Assembly (NCBI GenBank): GCA_020536535.1
Contig: JAHLWZ010000808.1
Span: 66,493-130,492 of the forward strand
Origin: Pelomyxa schiedti
Lineage: Eukaryota > Protista > Evosea
Direction: 5' to 3'
Length of the DNA: 64,000 nucleotides
Shown here: one piece after another, positions 51,489-63,997 of the stretch
Layout: the number at the start of each line of letters is the position of its first letter
Position numbering within the stretch: position 1 is the stretch's first letter
Program-made: the position numbers and the translations under genes
Notes under the pieces: generated by a model
Seen by the model: only the letters and a program-made list of their open reading frames with translations
What the model was told of the DNA's origin: nothing
Database searches by the model: none

Positions 51489-53805
51489 ATGGGACAAGTA
51501 GTAACTGCGTTCACGAGCACCGCCATCAATGCAACGTGCTCCCATCATTTCTCTGCAACTTCCACAGATGACCCAGCCGAGCCAACGCCTCCCGCCGTCG
51601 TCGCGGATATTCCTTGGCCCACAATGCACTTTGACCCCCGCTCCCCCCTTCCACCTACGCCAGAGGAGCGGTCCACGGCCAAGAGGGCACGTGGTCGCAG
51701 CCCGGGGCTGTCGTGGAAGCGACGTCGGGATCTCTCGGCGTCGCGGGATGCCGCCATCAAGTACATCATCGAGGGGAGTAGCGAGGCGGCCTGGGCGGCC
51801 CCGAACCCCAACAGCATGGCGTCGTATCTGGAGCCGAAGCTCGTCCCCTCCGGGGGGTGGGGCCCCGCAGCCCGCCTACTTATGGGACAGTACCAGGACT
51901 CGTGGTGCGCCCCGTCCAGGGGAGTCGACACTTACGGCGAGGTGGATATGTCTGAAATTAATCTGCCGGAGGAGGAGTTGCCGGCTGTGATGCCTGGGGA
52001 CGTGGATTTGGTGAAAGCAACTGTTTTGGAAGAAGTGATGCGGGGCTTTTGTATGCAGAGGCCGGCGGTCAATCAGGACTATGGGGGCTGGTACAGCTTT
52101 TTTGGGGAACCAGAGTGCAAGAGGCCAAAAACTGATGGACTTCCTCCTTATAACGTTACCCACTTTAGTTATTCACTGAAGAATTCCAGAACACGCGCTC
52201 TTTTTCCCCATTACCTTCTCATTGTACCTAATGGCTCAAACTGCGAATAGGAAACCCAAATACAGTTTGTGGAAAATAGAATCAAGTGGTACCGACAGAG
52301 AAAGTGCGCTTTGTGGGCAAAGAATTTGATGGCAACGGGGTGTGAAGCTATGTTGCTTACTACTGCCTGCAAGCGGGCTTGGGCTGACTGGTATCCAAAA
52401 GAGGCCTGTGACGCTCTGTACGAAACTGTAGCTTGGAAGTTGATATCGAGTATGATGATTATTATTTCGTTGGTGATACATATTGGAAAACCAAGGGTCA
52501 TGCCAAGTTTCCGGCCAGCGCTTATTATCATTTATTTGCGGGGCCCATCCTCGTGCTGGGAACAAAAGTCCTATATCGCTTCTTAGTTCCCACTTGCTAA
52601 GCCACATCCTGCATATCATGCTACATTTTAACTGGCGAGATGAATGTGATGACTTGGAAAGAGAACCAGCACAAACAGATTTTGAGAAACAACTTCAATC
52701 ACGTCTTCAACTATGGGTGGACTCCCCCGACACTGTGTACATGGGGGCGTTTGGAAATTTTAATCCCCATGATCGCCAAGCTGATATGAGATTTTACGCT
52801 CGTAAGTTAATAAGGAAAAATCAATGTAGTAACGAAAACCCAGTTATTGCGGCGTACTCTCTTGTTTGGTACAGTGGACCATGGATTTCTACTGCACAAT
52901 TTATAGCAGCTGTAGGTTCGCTTTTCTTTTGAGTTACTGATGACCTAATACTCCTTGAGAGGATGGAAATGAGGCCAACCTGCAGTGTTATGCATTTTTT
53001 CGGTGTGGGGCCTATGCCCATACGCCACAAGAGCGATTTATGGCTATAAGACTTCACAGCACCCTATTTGGTGAAATATCTGAATCAGAAGAGCAATCCG
53101 TTATTACTTGAAATATTGAATGCGGGCCTCCTAACATCACAATTACAGTTCCGGAAATGCTTTACTGGTGAGGGAACAGTTTCAATGGCAGATGGTTCTA
53201 ATAAGTACAAAGATCTTAACTCTCTACGTTAATTTTTCTCATGGAAATCAGGCTAGTTGCTAATGTCCGTGTTGGGGATTACGTGAAAACTGAATCAGGA
53301 ACCAGGAAGGTTTATTATGTGGAGAAGAAGTCTGTAAATGATACCATTCCAATGTGTGAAGTCTCTGGAGTTTGGTTGACGCCTGGGCACCCGGTTTTCG
53401 TTGTATGATATTTGTCCTACCTCGACGTAAAATACACACAACATTTACCACACACAGGGAGGGATATGGACCCATCCCTTTGAGGTATCGCCAGTTGTAG
53501 AGAGGTTTGTTACCGACTTATTCAACTTTGAACTGGCTGGGGGTCCACTAGCATCCGACCACTCTCTCTGGATAAACAATCTTCTGGTAAGAGGATGACA
53601 AAAAAAAAAAAAAAAAAAAAAGCAATACCTCACAAAGAACCAGGTATGCACATTGGGTAAAGATTGTGGGGAAAGGATAGTTAAAGGGTGGCCCAAAGCA
53701 GACAATTTGGCCGGTACTGGCTATTGGCGTTATGGGAACTCCAAATGGGTTCAGCACCAAGTCAGACGAATGGCAGACAACAGGCACTGTCCTGGATCTG
53801 GATGA
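51489..53805 (+). CDS. Hint-domain (Vint-like) autoprocessing protein with uncharacterised N-terminal region
   Basis: Spliced C-terminus CFTGEGTVSMADGSNKLVANVRVGDYV (block A, Cys at 53158), WLTPGHPV (block B), LFNFEL..HSLWINNLLVCTLG; upstream exons joined by GT-AG introns. Confidence 0.8.
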
Positions 53806-54084
53806 CGTTTTGTTAATGTAATAAACACAAAAACTGTGAAGCAAACAAAGGCTCTTGCGTTTGGTGTGTGGAACTCGCAGATCAATCTGGCCAGTCAACA
53901 CAGAGGAAAAGAACAATCAAATCACCGGTATTCGTTCCCTGTTTTGTGAAGACAGCTCTCTTTGGGGTAGAAAAACTCTCATTCGGTTACCTGAAGGCCA
54001 ATGAAAAAGGCTCGTTTTTAACGCTTAGAAGGTACAGTACAAACGCAAACAAAACAAAACAGATAACCGTTGAAGGCACAAGGC

Positions 54085-54954
54085 ATGGGAAAGGACGAAA
54101 AGAAAGGAAATAAGTGCTGCATGGCAGTCTGTTGTTCTATAACAACAACGATAATAGCCGCAGTTGTGGCTATAGGCACGCAAAAGAAACAACGAGTGAC
54201 GCTGGATCTCACGTTTCTTATGTGTTTCCTGCTCTTTTTTTATAGTGATATACGTTGGATTGGCGTACCAGACTCTGAAGAATGCACAGTGGCAAGTCAC
54301 ATCATCGTCGGTTGATTCCTCTTTTCTTTCATTCCGTATACACGGTCTGACTAAACTGTGCCTTTCCTTTTGTGTTATTTTTAGGCCACAGTGGAGCCTG
54401 GAACGAGCACATTCACCTCGAATATTACTATGGATATGGGTGAATTATTGTTAGTACCTTTCCTTCCATGTTTCTTACATTTCCTCAAAGATGTCTGGGC
54501 AACAAAGGGAATCACCGTATCTGCTGATGGGGTGAAGTTCGATCTCACAATGCTGGACAACTCAGGGGCTGATTCCTCTATTAGTGAGTTGCTCTTTGTT
54601 ACCTACAAAAATATTAACCACCTACAGCTGGACCTGCTGATTGTGGTGGTGTATCTGTTGGGAAAACTGCGAGCAGTGTAACGATTGACTCCACATTAAC
54701 TGGAGACAATTCCGATTCGGATTTGATGCTGGCATTCCTGGCCGGAACACCTGAGGACTTCTCAATCACCGTGAAAAAAATTAAGGTTGCCTCCCTTCTT
54801 TCTGGTAGTTCCCTGACACATAAAAGTTTTGGGGAAGATGGGTTCCTATAAAGTTCACGTGTAAGTATTTCCCTAATAAGACTTCCTGTTCTTATCTTCA
54901 AACAGTTGTGCAGGAGCTCTCCATGTCCTAACATCTGATGTCATCTGCCTTTAA
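54085..54954 (+). CDS. Small single-pass membrane protein with beta-rich ectodomain (LEA_2-like fold possible)
   Basis: MGKDEKKGNKCCMAVCC, then hydrophobic IIAAVVAIVIYVGLAY, then beta-strand-like exons; spliced model ends VICL*. Confidence 0.55.
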
Positions 54955-55098
54955 ACGAGTATTCGTGTACATAGGAGCGAAGACAACCCGGAGCAAACGC
55001 CGTTTCGATTTTCAGAACAACCAAGCAAGAAATAATCAAAAAAATGATTTGAAGTTGATTTATTTTGCATGGTTATCTGTTTGTAGTTTACAAGGGTT

Positions 55099-58000
55099 TT
55101 ATGAGAGGAATACAGGCGCGCTTATACTAGAGGCTATGTACTCAAATTCAGACTTTAGAGCAACACCATCAGCCCCACAGCAGAAAGTCCCCTCAGCACA
55201 TTCCGCGAGCCGGTTCAACCGGGCGGAATCCTTCGGAGTTGTGCCAAAGCCCAGTACATAAACCGGTACTCCTGGGAATTCTCTGTGGAGTTCTGTCATC
55301 TCGTGGTCACCGTTCTCGCACTCCCCATCAGACATGAACAGCAAGACAGGCTCGTGGGTTCCAAATCCACCGGCTTTGAGAATTTCGTGGCATTGCACAA
55401 TGCCTGCAGCGAAGTTGGTGCCACCACGTGGGTTCGCATTCCTTGGTAGGGAAGAGGTCAAATCGGGAGTGAGTTGGACCTGCCCCAGCCTAACACTTGC
55501 GCTGTTGGAGTATCCAACAACTGATATTATGTCAGAACAAGGAGTACGCAGCTGTGAACACTGGTTGATCCTATCTTTAGCAAATGCAGCTACTGCTTCG
55601 AGTAGCTGAAGCCATCGCTTGCCACACATTGAACCAGATTCATCCAAGCACATGACGACGAAGCGCGGTGGTGGGTTGGCAATGTTTGATCCAAGTCTTG
55701 CAAGCTGCATTATCCTGTTTTGAAGGTCTCGTTTTGGAGCTTCACCACCGTCAAACGAGAATAGTGCTTTGACAAATTCGTCAGTATTGCTATGCAGTAT
55801 TTCAGCTTCTTCGACTTCTTGCATAAGGACTGCAAGAGACTTGTTGTATTCTGACTGTTGCCTTGATCTAAGACTGGCATAATCTCCCCCATTTATCATT
55901 GCGGATATTTCAGTATCAGTGAAGCTCCAGTCTTCCCTAAGACTTTCCGAACATAAAAAGAGTTTGTAGTTCCCTTGGTGACCTTGCCGCGCTGTCCTTC
56001 CACGTATTTGAATCTCCTCTGAGATAGACGCGGAGAGAAAAGTTTGTATGACCAATACACCCCCTTTAGTATCCACTTCTTTGTAAGATTTGAAATCGAT
56101 CCCGCGGCCAAAACTTCTAGGTAGTAATGTAACAGCCCCAGGTTTTGATGCTTGAGAAATCAAATTGTCTTTGTACTCTGACTCCTCCACAAGAACATTA
56201 TACCCAAGTGTTATGTTCTGTGCATTCGAGGATAAAAAGGTTCTGTAGGACTCTAATGCAACAACATTTTCAAAAAAAATTAGAACGGCACGGCCTTTTG
56301 TTTGCGCATCAGCAGCAAGGCAAGATATTTCATAAAAGTGATTGTGCCTGTCGGGTAAGATTTTTATGTCATTGATGGGCCTGAAGTCAAGCCTGGAAGG
56401 GCCGTAAATGGATGGCGCATAGGAAAGAGTATTCACTTTATATTTCTTTAGAAGCTCAAGTTCTTTATCGCACAGAGTATCTAGGGTGCCTGTAACACCA
56501 GAAATAATAGCATACCGCGAAGGCAGCTTTGCATAAGAAAAGGAACCACAAATAATTGAAAAGCCCACTGCAGCCTTTACAGCCTCTTCAGGCAAGGTTT
56601 GATTTGAAAGCTCGCTCATGTATGCGAAAGTAGTTTTATGAGCAAAATAGGTAGAGTAATCATAGGCCATAGAAATTTTCTGTGTTTTGTATCCAATTTT
56701 TCCCTTTATACGATCAACATGGTATGGGGGACCTGAGCGAAAGTTCTGTGCATCAGCAACCATTTGGCAAATTTGGCAATCAAAGAGAGGCTTAAAATCG
56801 GGCATTTTGGTAACCAGGGTTCGATAACACGTTTGTTGTTGTACTTTGCGTGCACTAAAATGTGGATCAGAATAATGATCCCACACAAACTTAATTAGTT
56901 CATAGCATTCAGGTTGTGTCAGTAAGGCAGCTGGCATATAGGTGCCCCCTAAGAAATTGTCACTGAAGAACACATCAACTTCGTCAATCAATAGTACTCG
57001 CTTCCGCGTCGGTGTGGCAATTGGTCTACAAGCAGTAGAATTGTTCAAGAAACTTGTCACTCGATCCCTTACATTTCCTTGTGCATTGATGATTTTTTCA
57101 CAAAGTGCATTGACTGTAGAATATGAAATTCTTTCTCGTGTGCGAAAAATTTCAAACAGGAAATTGAAGGCTTGGCTGTCACGAGAACTTAAATACTCAG
57201 AATATGAAACCACATCCACATCATAGCCAAGAATGGCAAAGAGAGTAGCGGTAACTCCCAACACGACTGATTTGCCTTCTCCTGTACCAATTTGAATGAA
57301 GTGACTTCTAGGAGTACACAATGACTTGTCATGGCTAAGAAGTTGGAGAATTGCCACTATCTGAACACTGTGGGGTTTTCTAAGAAACTCGATTTGTGTG
57401 AAAGTTTGACTTCTATTGTTGAGAGTCCAAAGAGAAAATATGTATGCCATAACAATAGGCAAACGAGATGGATCTCTTGGAAGTGTTGTAGAAATTGCTA
57501 AAGCTTCTGATTTCAGATGTGTAAGATCCATGAATAAATTCTGCTTAACAAGGGAGTTGTATTTGGACTCAAACTTCTCGAAGACAGATTTTAGCTCAGG
57601 CCATTTAATTCCCGTTTTCGCTGACCAACTCTCCGAGCCAAGTAAGCCGAGAAGAGGACCTTTCATTTGTTGTGTCTTAAACTGTGAAATTGTATGATCG
57701 ATTCCTTGGTGTGCTATTTGCGCTGACATTATCTTGTTTCGAAGCCATTCAAACTCGGCATTTTCTGAAAGAATCTGCGTTCCAGTAATTCCAGAGGTCT
57801 CCAGTTCTCCAGCCAGTCTCGTTTCTACTTCTTGGTCGTTATTATTTTTCCTTATGAACTCACTAATTGTGACTTCAATTTGCGCTTTTAGTTCCTTTTC
57901 AATGGAGGGGATTTTTTCTGCAACGCCACGAATATTACACAGAAGCTGTGCCATACTTATTGGATCATTTTCTTGTTTCGTGAGTGCAATCTTAGATTGA

Positions 58001-61000
58001 ATACTTGAGAAAACATGCTTCTTCACGGTGTTTGCCGGGTTAACACCTACAAATGAGCACAGGCAAGCGCTTCTATCGCATTTCAGGAGCACACCGGCCA
58101 CAACTTCGAGCTTTTCCGTGTCCCAGGCCTTAATTGCCTGCTGCTCGATGTCGGAAAATTGTTTTCCAAGGATTTCTATGGGGTCAAATAGAACTTGGAT
58201 TTGTGGTGAAATTGAGTGCAATTTCCTGGCATCCAGTTGCTTTCGGGAGAGCTCTTCCACGACATCATATCGCTCAGATTTAAGCGCCTCTCCAAATTCA
58301 CGTTGAATTGAACACAAAGCCTGATTGGCGAGATCTACTCCCTCTTCAAAGGAAAAGAACTTTGCTTGCATTTGAAGGTGTTCAACAATCTTTGACAAAA
58401 TCTCCTGGAGAAGGCCCAAGGACTGCAAAAAGCGGAGATGATTTCCCACTGCTAAAAGGTCACGGTGTGTAAGGGCAGATTTGAAGCTGAGTTCAACTTT
58501 ATGACTTGCCTCGGCAGATAGTTTCACCAAGGAAGTTCCTTTTTCTGCTTGCGCCTTTATAAACTCCGCAAATTCCCGTGGAATTTTGGGTGTGGTGACT
58601 TCAGGGGGTGGCTGAGGTACAGAACTCCGAGAAAATTGTTTCAAAGCATGATGGTACGCACAATACATGTTATTGAAGATATAACTGTATATTTCTGCTT
58701 GGGATGATTTAACACTCTCTGGAGCCATTTCTTCAAGTGCCTTGCTTATGCAAAGACTTCGTTTTACTTGCTGTGCGTCAACTGACTGAAGAAATAAAAC
58801 GAGGGGTTTGAGTTCAACTTCCTTCTGTAGGATAGTGAAAGCTTGAAAGACATCGGCCATTTGTGGACTGAATTCTTCATTTACTTGGATTGATTTTAGA
58901 ACAGAATTTAACTTGGTTTCTAAGGTTGCCGCTATCACTTGGAGGGTCTCTTCAAAAAAATGTGTGTCACACTCTAGAAGGTGCAATTTCCTTTCGACAC
59001 TGTGATAGTTCTGTTGCTGGCACTGTGAGAAAATTTCTTTTTGTAATTGTTGCTTTCTCTGAAGAATTTTTTCTCGAATGACTTTTGCCTTAGTCAACAC
59101 AGAACCAGAGAGCTCTGAATGAAGGTCTGATACTAATAATTCCACTTCCTCAAAGGATGAAGGTGCCTCTTCCATAATCGCTTTGGACAGTGATGGGTCG
59201 TGTTCTCCAGTTGATTTGCTGTAATACCCTTTCAGAAGCTGATCGAAGTAATTTCTGATTTCTGCCGTAATAGAGAACGTGCAACTGTGAGACGTGTCAA
59301 AGTTGTGCTTCGAGTTCTCAAAAAGGGCATTGACTCTGCTGGAATCAATATAGGGCCGCTGCCTAAGAGCAGGACGCAACGTTTTCTCTATCAATTGTTG
59401 CAGTTTTGTGTCAAATGTGATATCAAGTTGATCAAGAAGACTCGTTGTATGTGGGTCTAGAAGACCACTCAACTTATTCTTAAACCCAAGTAAATGGTCT
59501 TGAGCGGAGGCAGCAGAAACAAGTTCCCCTACAAAATCTGAGGAAAAACAGGGAAGAGGGGAAAATACCTCTTTCAAACATGGCATTTATCTTTTTAACT
59601 GCCAGTGAAATGTATGTATTGAGAACCTGCTGGTGATGTTCCTTCTCCGTCGCAATCGCTTCAGTGTCATATTTAAGCTTGTGGAGGCACTCAACTGAAG
59701 ACTCCAGATTCATAAAGCATTTCTTAATTTTCAATTCTCTCCTTTGTTCTAGCGGGTCCCAAGAGTCGAGCATAGACTCCAGTTCCCCAAGCAAGTTTTC
59801 TTTAACAAAATTCGCAATAACATATTGAAGGGTGTTGATTTGGTCAGGGGGGTATAGGGAAATGATTCTTTCAAGTTCTGCAAATCGGCTGTGGGTAAGT
59901 GCCTCATTGACCTCGGTTGTAACCCCATGAACTCGTTTAGAGAGTTCAGCACTAGAGGTGGACACTATGGACACTATCTCAGGTATAAATTCGAATAAAA
60001 CTCGCGAGCCCTTCAATAATTCCAAATTGGTGCTTGCTGTCTGGATAGGAACTTCGGAGTTAACTATCTCATCGCGGAGCATAGCGCAAGTATGCGTAAC
60101 CCTTTTGATTGCCCTACGGAAGTCTTCCTCAGAATTCAATCTTTTCAGGTTGGTACAATTGTAAAACACTGTTAACTCCGCATATACTTCTTTAAATAGG
60201 GAGCAACCCGATTGGCATCTTTCACATAAGGAAACAAGTTCCCTGTAGTGAGTGTCTAAGTAACGCTTAGCAAGAAGTTCTAGAGTTTCAATTGTTCTCT
60301 GTAGCTCTTCATTATTGAAGTTCTGAATTCTGCCACAGATTTCGGAATGTATTACGTCAAGACGTTGTAAAGAGGAAGCAATAGAGGAAGGCTCAGGCGT
60401 ACCAGTTGTGGGGCTGGCAGGTAATTGTGTGAGTTCCTCACAAAGTGTATGGATCAATACTTCCACGCTATTTTTACATTCACCAAAGATCTCTGGGATA
60501 CTAGTCTGTTGTAGACTCGCCATACTCTCAAGTTTCTGTAAATTTTGAGCTACTTTTGTATAAAGGCTCCGTTTCCAACTTGACTCAATATCACCTTTCA
60601 GCTTTTTTGCCTCGTCTGTAAGAGATGCAACTATTTGCTCACAAGAAATGGAAATTCTTTTGCCTATATAGTCATCTAGCCACAGTGCCTGCTTAAGTGA
60701 GCCCAAGAGAGTGTCAACTTTGTAATAGTCTATATTTGGGTAGACCAAAAGAGCTTTTATTTCTTCCAGTACTCTTTCCGGAAGTGCGAAAAAAGCATAA
60801 GCTGCGCGATCAAGTCTAGGGGAAATGTTGTGAGCTAGCTCAGCATCTAGTGTACAAATCTTTTCTATTTGAAGGAATAATAATCTGAATCTGTCCGGTA
60901 CAGATTTCTGGCTGGCAAGAGTGCCTTCAGCATCGGAAAGAAGGGACAGGCAAAATTGGTTCACAACACTATAACAATGCTTTCCAATCTCTTGTATATT

Positions 61001-63034
61001 CAGACTTTCCAGGTAAGACTGAGTTTTTTTACTCTTTCTGAGAAGACTAATGATGGAGATGGCACAATAAACAGTACCTGAAGCACCTGCAGTTGGAAGC
61101 TCATCAATAGCTGCTTGGCACTGATGCACAAGGTTTGCGAATAGTTGTGCATAGGAATCGAATATTTCTGTAAAGCGGTGCTGCTCAAAATTGCCCAGTA
61201 CTTTAGAAGACTCGGAAAGAACAGCAAGGGTAACTTCAATATCCTCAATGGAAAAAGGAAAAGTCATGCCAGTAGTTGGTTTCAATGTATATAGGGTCGC
61301 ATTTGGCCTACTTTGGCGCACAGTATCTAAGTTCTCCTTTACCCATACCATAAGGTCCTCCATTGGGATGATTTTTTTTTGTACATTTTCCCAAACTTGG
61401 TTTAAAAAACTATCGGCAAATCTCTTCATCAACAAACCTGCTAAAGAGGTATCCAGTGCTAACATGAAATCGAGTTGGCGTTTAACTTCAATGAGACCAC
61501 TACAAACAAGTACTGGTAAATCTTTTTCTTTGGTTGTAACATAGTCTGCAATACTCCGCGTTAGTTTTTCTTTGAGTCCTTCAGGAGTATCAATGCTATC
61601 AGTGAAAATCTTAGGCAAGCGAGTTCTCCACAGGCACTCAACCAGTGAATGGAAATCTTTCACATATTGGCAGGAATCGGGACTAACAGCTTGAGCCATC
61701 AAAATCTGATTCATGGAGTTCCAACAGTGACCAGAGAGGCTTTGATACTCAGTGCGTAATTTATCTTCAAACTGAGAAAGATGGCCATTTGTGTACTCGC
61801 CAGTGTATGGATTCAGACTCACTAAATTATCAATTAAAGTTGAAATGTCACTGAAACTTTTGTCAGATCTTTGTTGGAGTGCAAATTCAAAGCCCTTCTT
61901 CATCTTGGCAAGGAATTCAGTCAATTCTTTGTTAGCTTTACAGGCGAGAGTTGTTTTCAGGCTCATTGAACTTGGAATTTTTTGTGTCAGTTTAATAGCC
62001 TCTGTGACTTCTCTGAGTGAAGCACCGTCTGGAGGATTCACTATGAACACTCGTCTCGAATTTTTTGGGGCATCATCCTCTGAGGCAGCTTCCAATGTCT
62101 CTGACATATCGTTCACCAATAGCTCTAGTAGCTCGTGTTCATCCGTGTCAGCAGGAAATGTACTTTCAATTTGCAACAAATGTGGAAGTATGCCATCAAT
62201 ACCCTCAGAAGTTTTCGTGACGAAGAAAAGCATAGAATTTTTCCACGACTTGTCACCGAATAACTTAGTAACCATCGATATCAGGTCTTTTGCTCCTTCG
62301 CCTCTCAATTCGGTGAGAGATGTAGCAGTGAGAACTAAGATAGGTAACAAGTTCTGACAAGCCTGTACACACATCCTAAGACCCACCATATTAGCCAAGT
62401 CAACGATATATCCACTAGTGTCGCTAAACCCCGCACTGTCCACGACCATTGTATCTGGTAACCTAGGAAGTGGAGCACTCTCAATATACCGTGTTTGTGA
62501 GCTTGCTGCATGTCCCACCTGATGTTAACTGGTTAGGTTGATGTTTGCTGGAAGTTTTTCGCCAAACCGGAAAGTCTTTGTCAATTGATGGCAGCAGAAC
62601 ACGCATCTTGCTGGTCTTAGAACCGCATGCAATTGTTATCCGTTTCTTCTCGAGAGGGTGCCCAAGCAAAAAATGAGCACTTAATGACTTGCCTGTGATT
62701 GCACCCCGTCAGTGTCGAGGGCGAACATGGGAAAAAACCAAAAGCGACAACCAGAAGCATCTGGTGTCAAGGGCAAACGTGAAAAAGAAAGAAACGAACC
62801 TGCGCTGGTGGGACCCATCAAGAGAACGATGGTCTTTCCCGCCACCTCGGACGGAGATGTATTGGCCTGGCACAGCTTTAACAGCTGCCCCAACGTCTCA
62901 ATCACGCTGTCCAGGTCGTCACTTGGTTGTTCCATAATCGCATTTGCTCCTGCGGGGGTCGAAGAGTACGCCGTCGTACTAGCCGTAGTCGTGGGGCTGG
63001 AAGATACAACAGTCTGTGCGGGCTCGTTTGCCAT
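55099..63034 (-). CDS. Giant (~2580 aa) P-loop GTPase - helical region - SecA-like SF2 ATPase - vWA fusion protein
   Basis: GPTSAGKS and DSAGFSDT (GTPase); GTGEGKS, SEYLSSRD, LIDEVD, SGVTGT, FGRGIDF, QIRGRTARQG (SecA motifs); DESGSM, GGTNF, FMSDG (vWA MIDAS); introns 62693-62799, 62519-62567, 59538-59568 give one frame. Confidence 0.88.
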
Positions 63035-63640
63035 GTTGCAACAAAGAGGAAATATGCAACACGGTTTTTCTTTTTTGGTAAACCAACCTTCCTTGAACAT
63101 GCTTTTTGTATTGTGGAGTAGATCCCAAGTTGGGGGACTTTTCTGGAGTTCAAGGGGACTAGTCTCGAGTCGAATGAACAGAGACTGTGGATGGGGAAAC
63201 TGTTATCCCCTACAAGAGCTGAGACGGATCCTGGGGAGGACGGTGACATCACACTTTCGCAGATCCGGCGTGCTCAGAGTCTGCTGTGAGGAGTGATGGG
63301 CGAAGGATTAAGGGAATCTTGGTGTGATGATTGGGCGCCAAGTTGGCCAACTAATTATGGCCATTCACGGAACCAGCGAGTTCAAGCTAAACCCCCTCTG
63401 TATCGTGTAAATAGTTAAGACAAAGTTGTGATATAAAACATCAAACACACATGAGGACAACAACACTATTCAGCCCACAACATCCCTCACCCACACCACG
63501 TATCTTACACTGCACTTATTGCACCCCAAAAGTAAAGTGAGATTAATAACAGCACCCCTTAAGTCCTCTATCTCACAGCCTTTGGTGATTCTAACAGATT
63601 TAATTTGCCCTAGCAACTGCACGAAAAGAGCACCCGAACA

Positions 63641-63964
63641 ATGTCAACGACTCCTGTCGGCGCCACGGAGCCCAAGGCAGAGGGAATGGACGGAGTTGTT
63701 GGCGGGGACCAACCCACTAGTACCAACACGGGCACTGCGGACGTGAGCATGCCGGAGAAGGAGGAAGGGGCGGCAGCGGTGGAGGGGGGCGAGGGAGCGG
63801 CGCCGGGGACGGGGGGGAACGAGCGGGTGCGGGGACCCCCGGTGACCAAGGAGAAGATACGGTTCGTGGCGGGGCACGAGGACAGCAGCGCACTCACCGT
63901 CGACATCCCTGACGAGGACCACACCCTCGCAAATGCCCTGCGTCACGTGTTGTCTTGCAGGTTT

Positions 63965-63997
<33 letters not shown>

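Noticed and set aside
51489-55670. Split Vint system (Hint gene and nearby vWA domain acting together)
   Set aside because: Opposite strands with an unrelated gene between; adjacency in a eukaryotic genome is weak evidence
59480-59586. Overlap of two long ORFs suggesting a programmed frameshift or pseudogene
   Set aside because: A clean 31-nt GT-AG intron (59538-59568) joins them in frame (FER|DFVGEL)
46595-63034. Bacterial or endosymbiont contamination
   Set aside because: Genes carry spliceosomal introns of the same style as flanking eukaryotic genes
63035-63640. ncRNA (C/D snoRNA or tRNA) in the largest intergenic gap
   Set aside because: A TGATGA is present but I found no matching D box or terminal stem, and no tRNA cloverleaf
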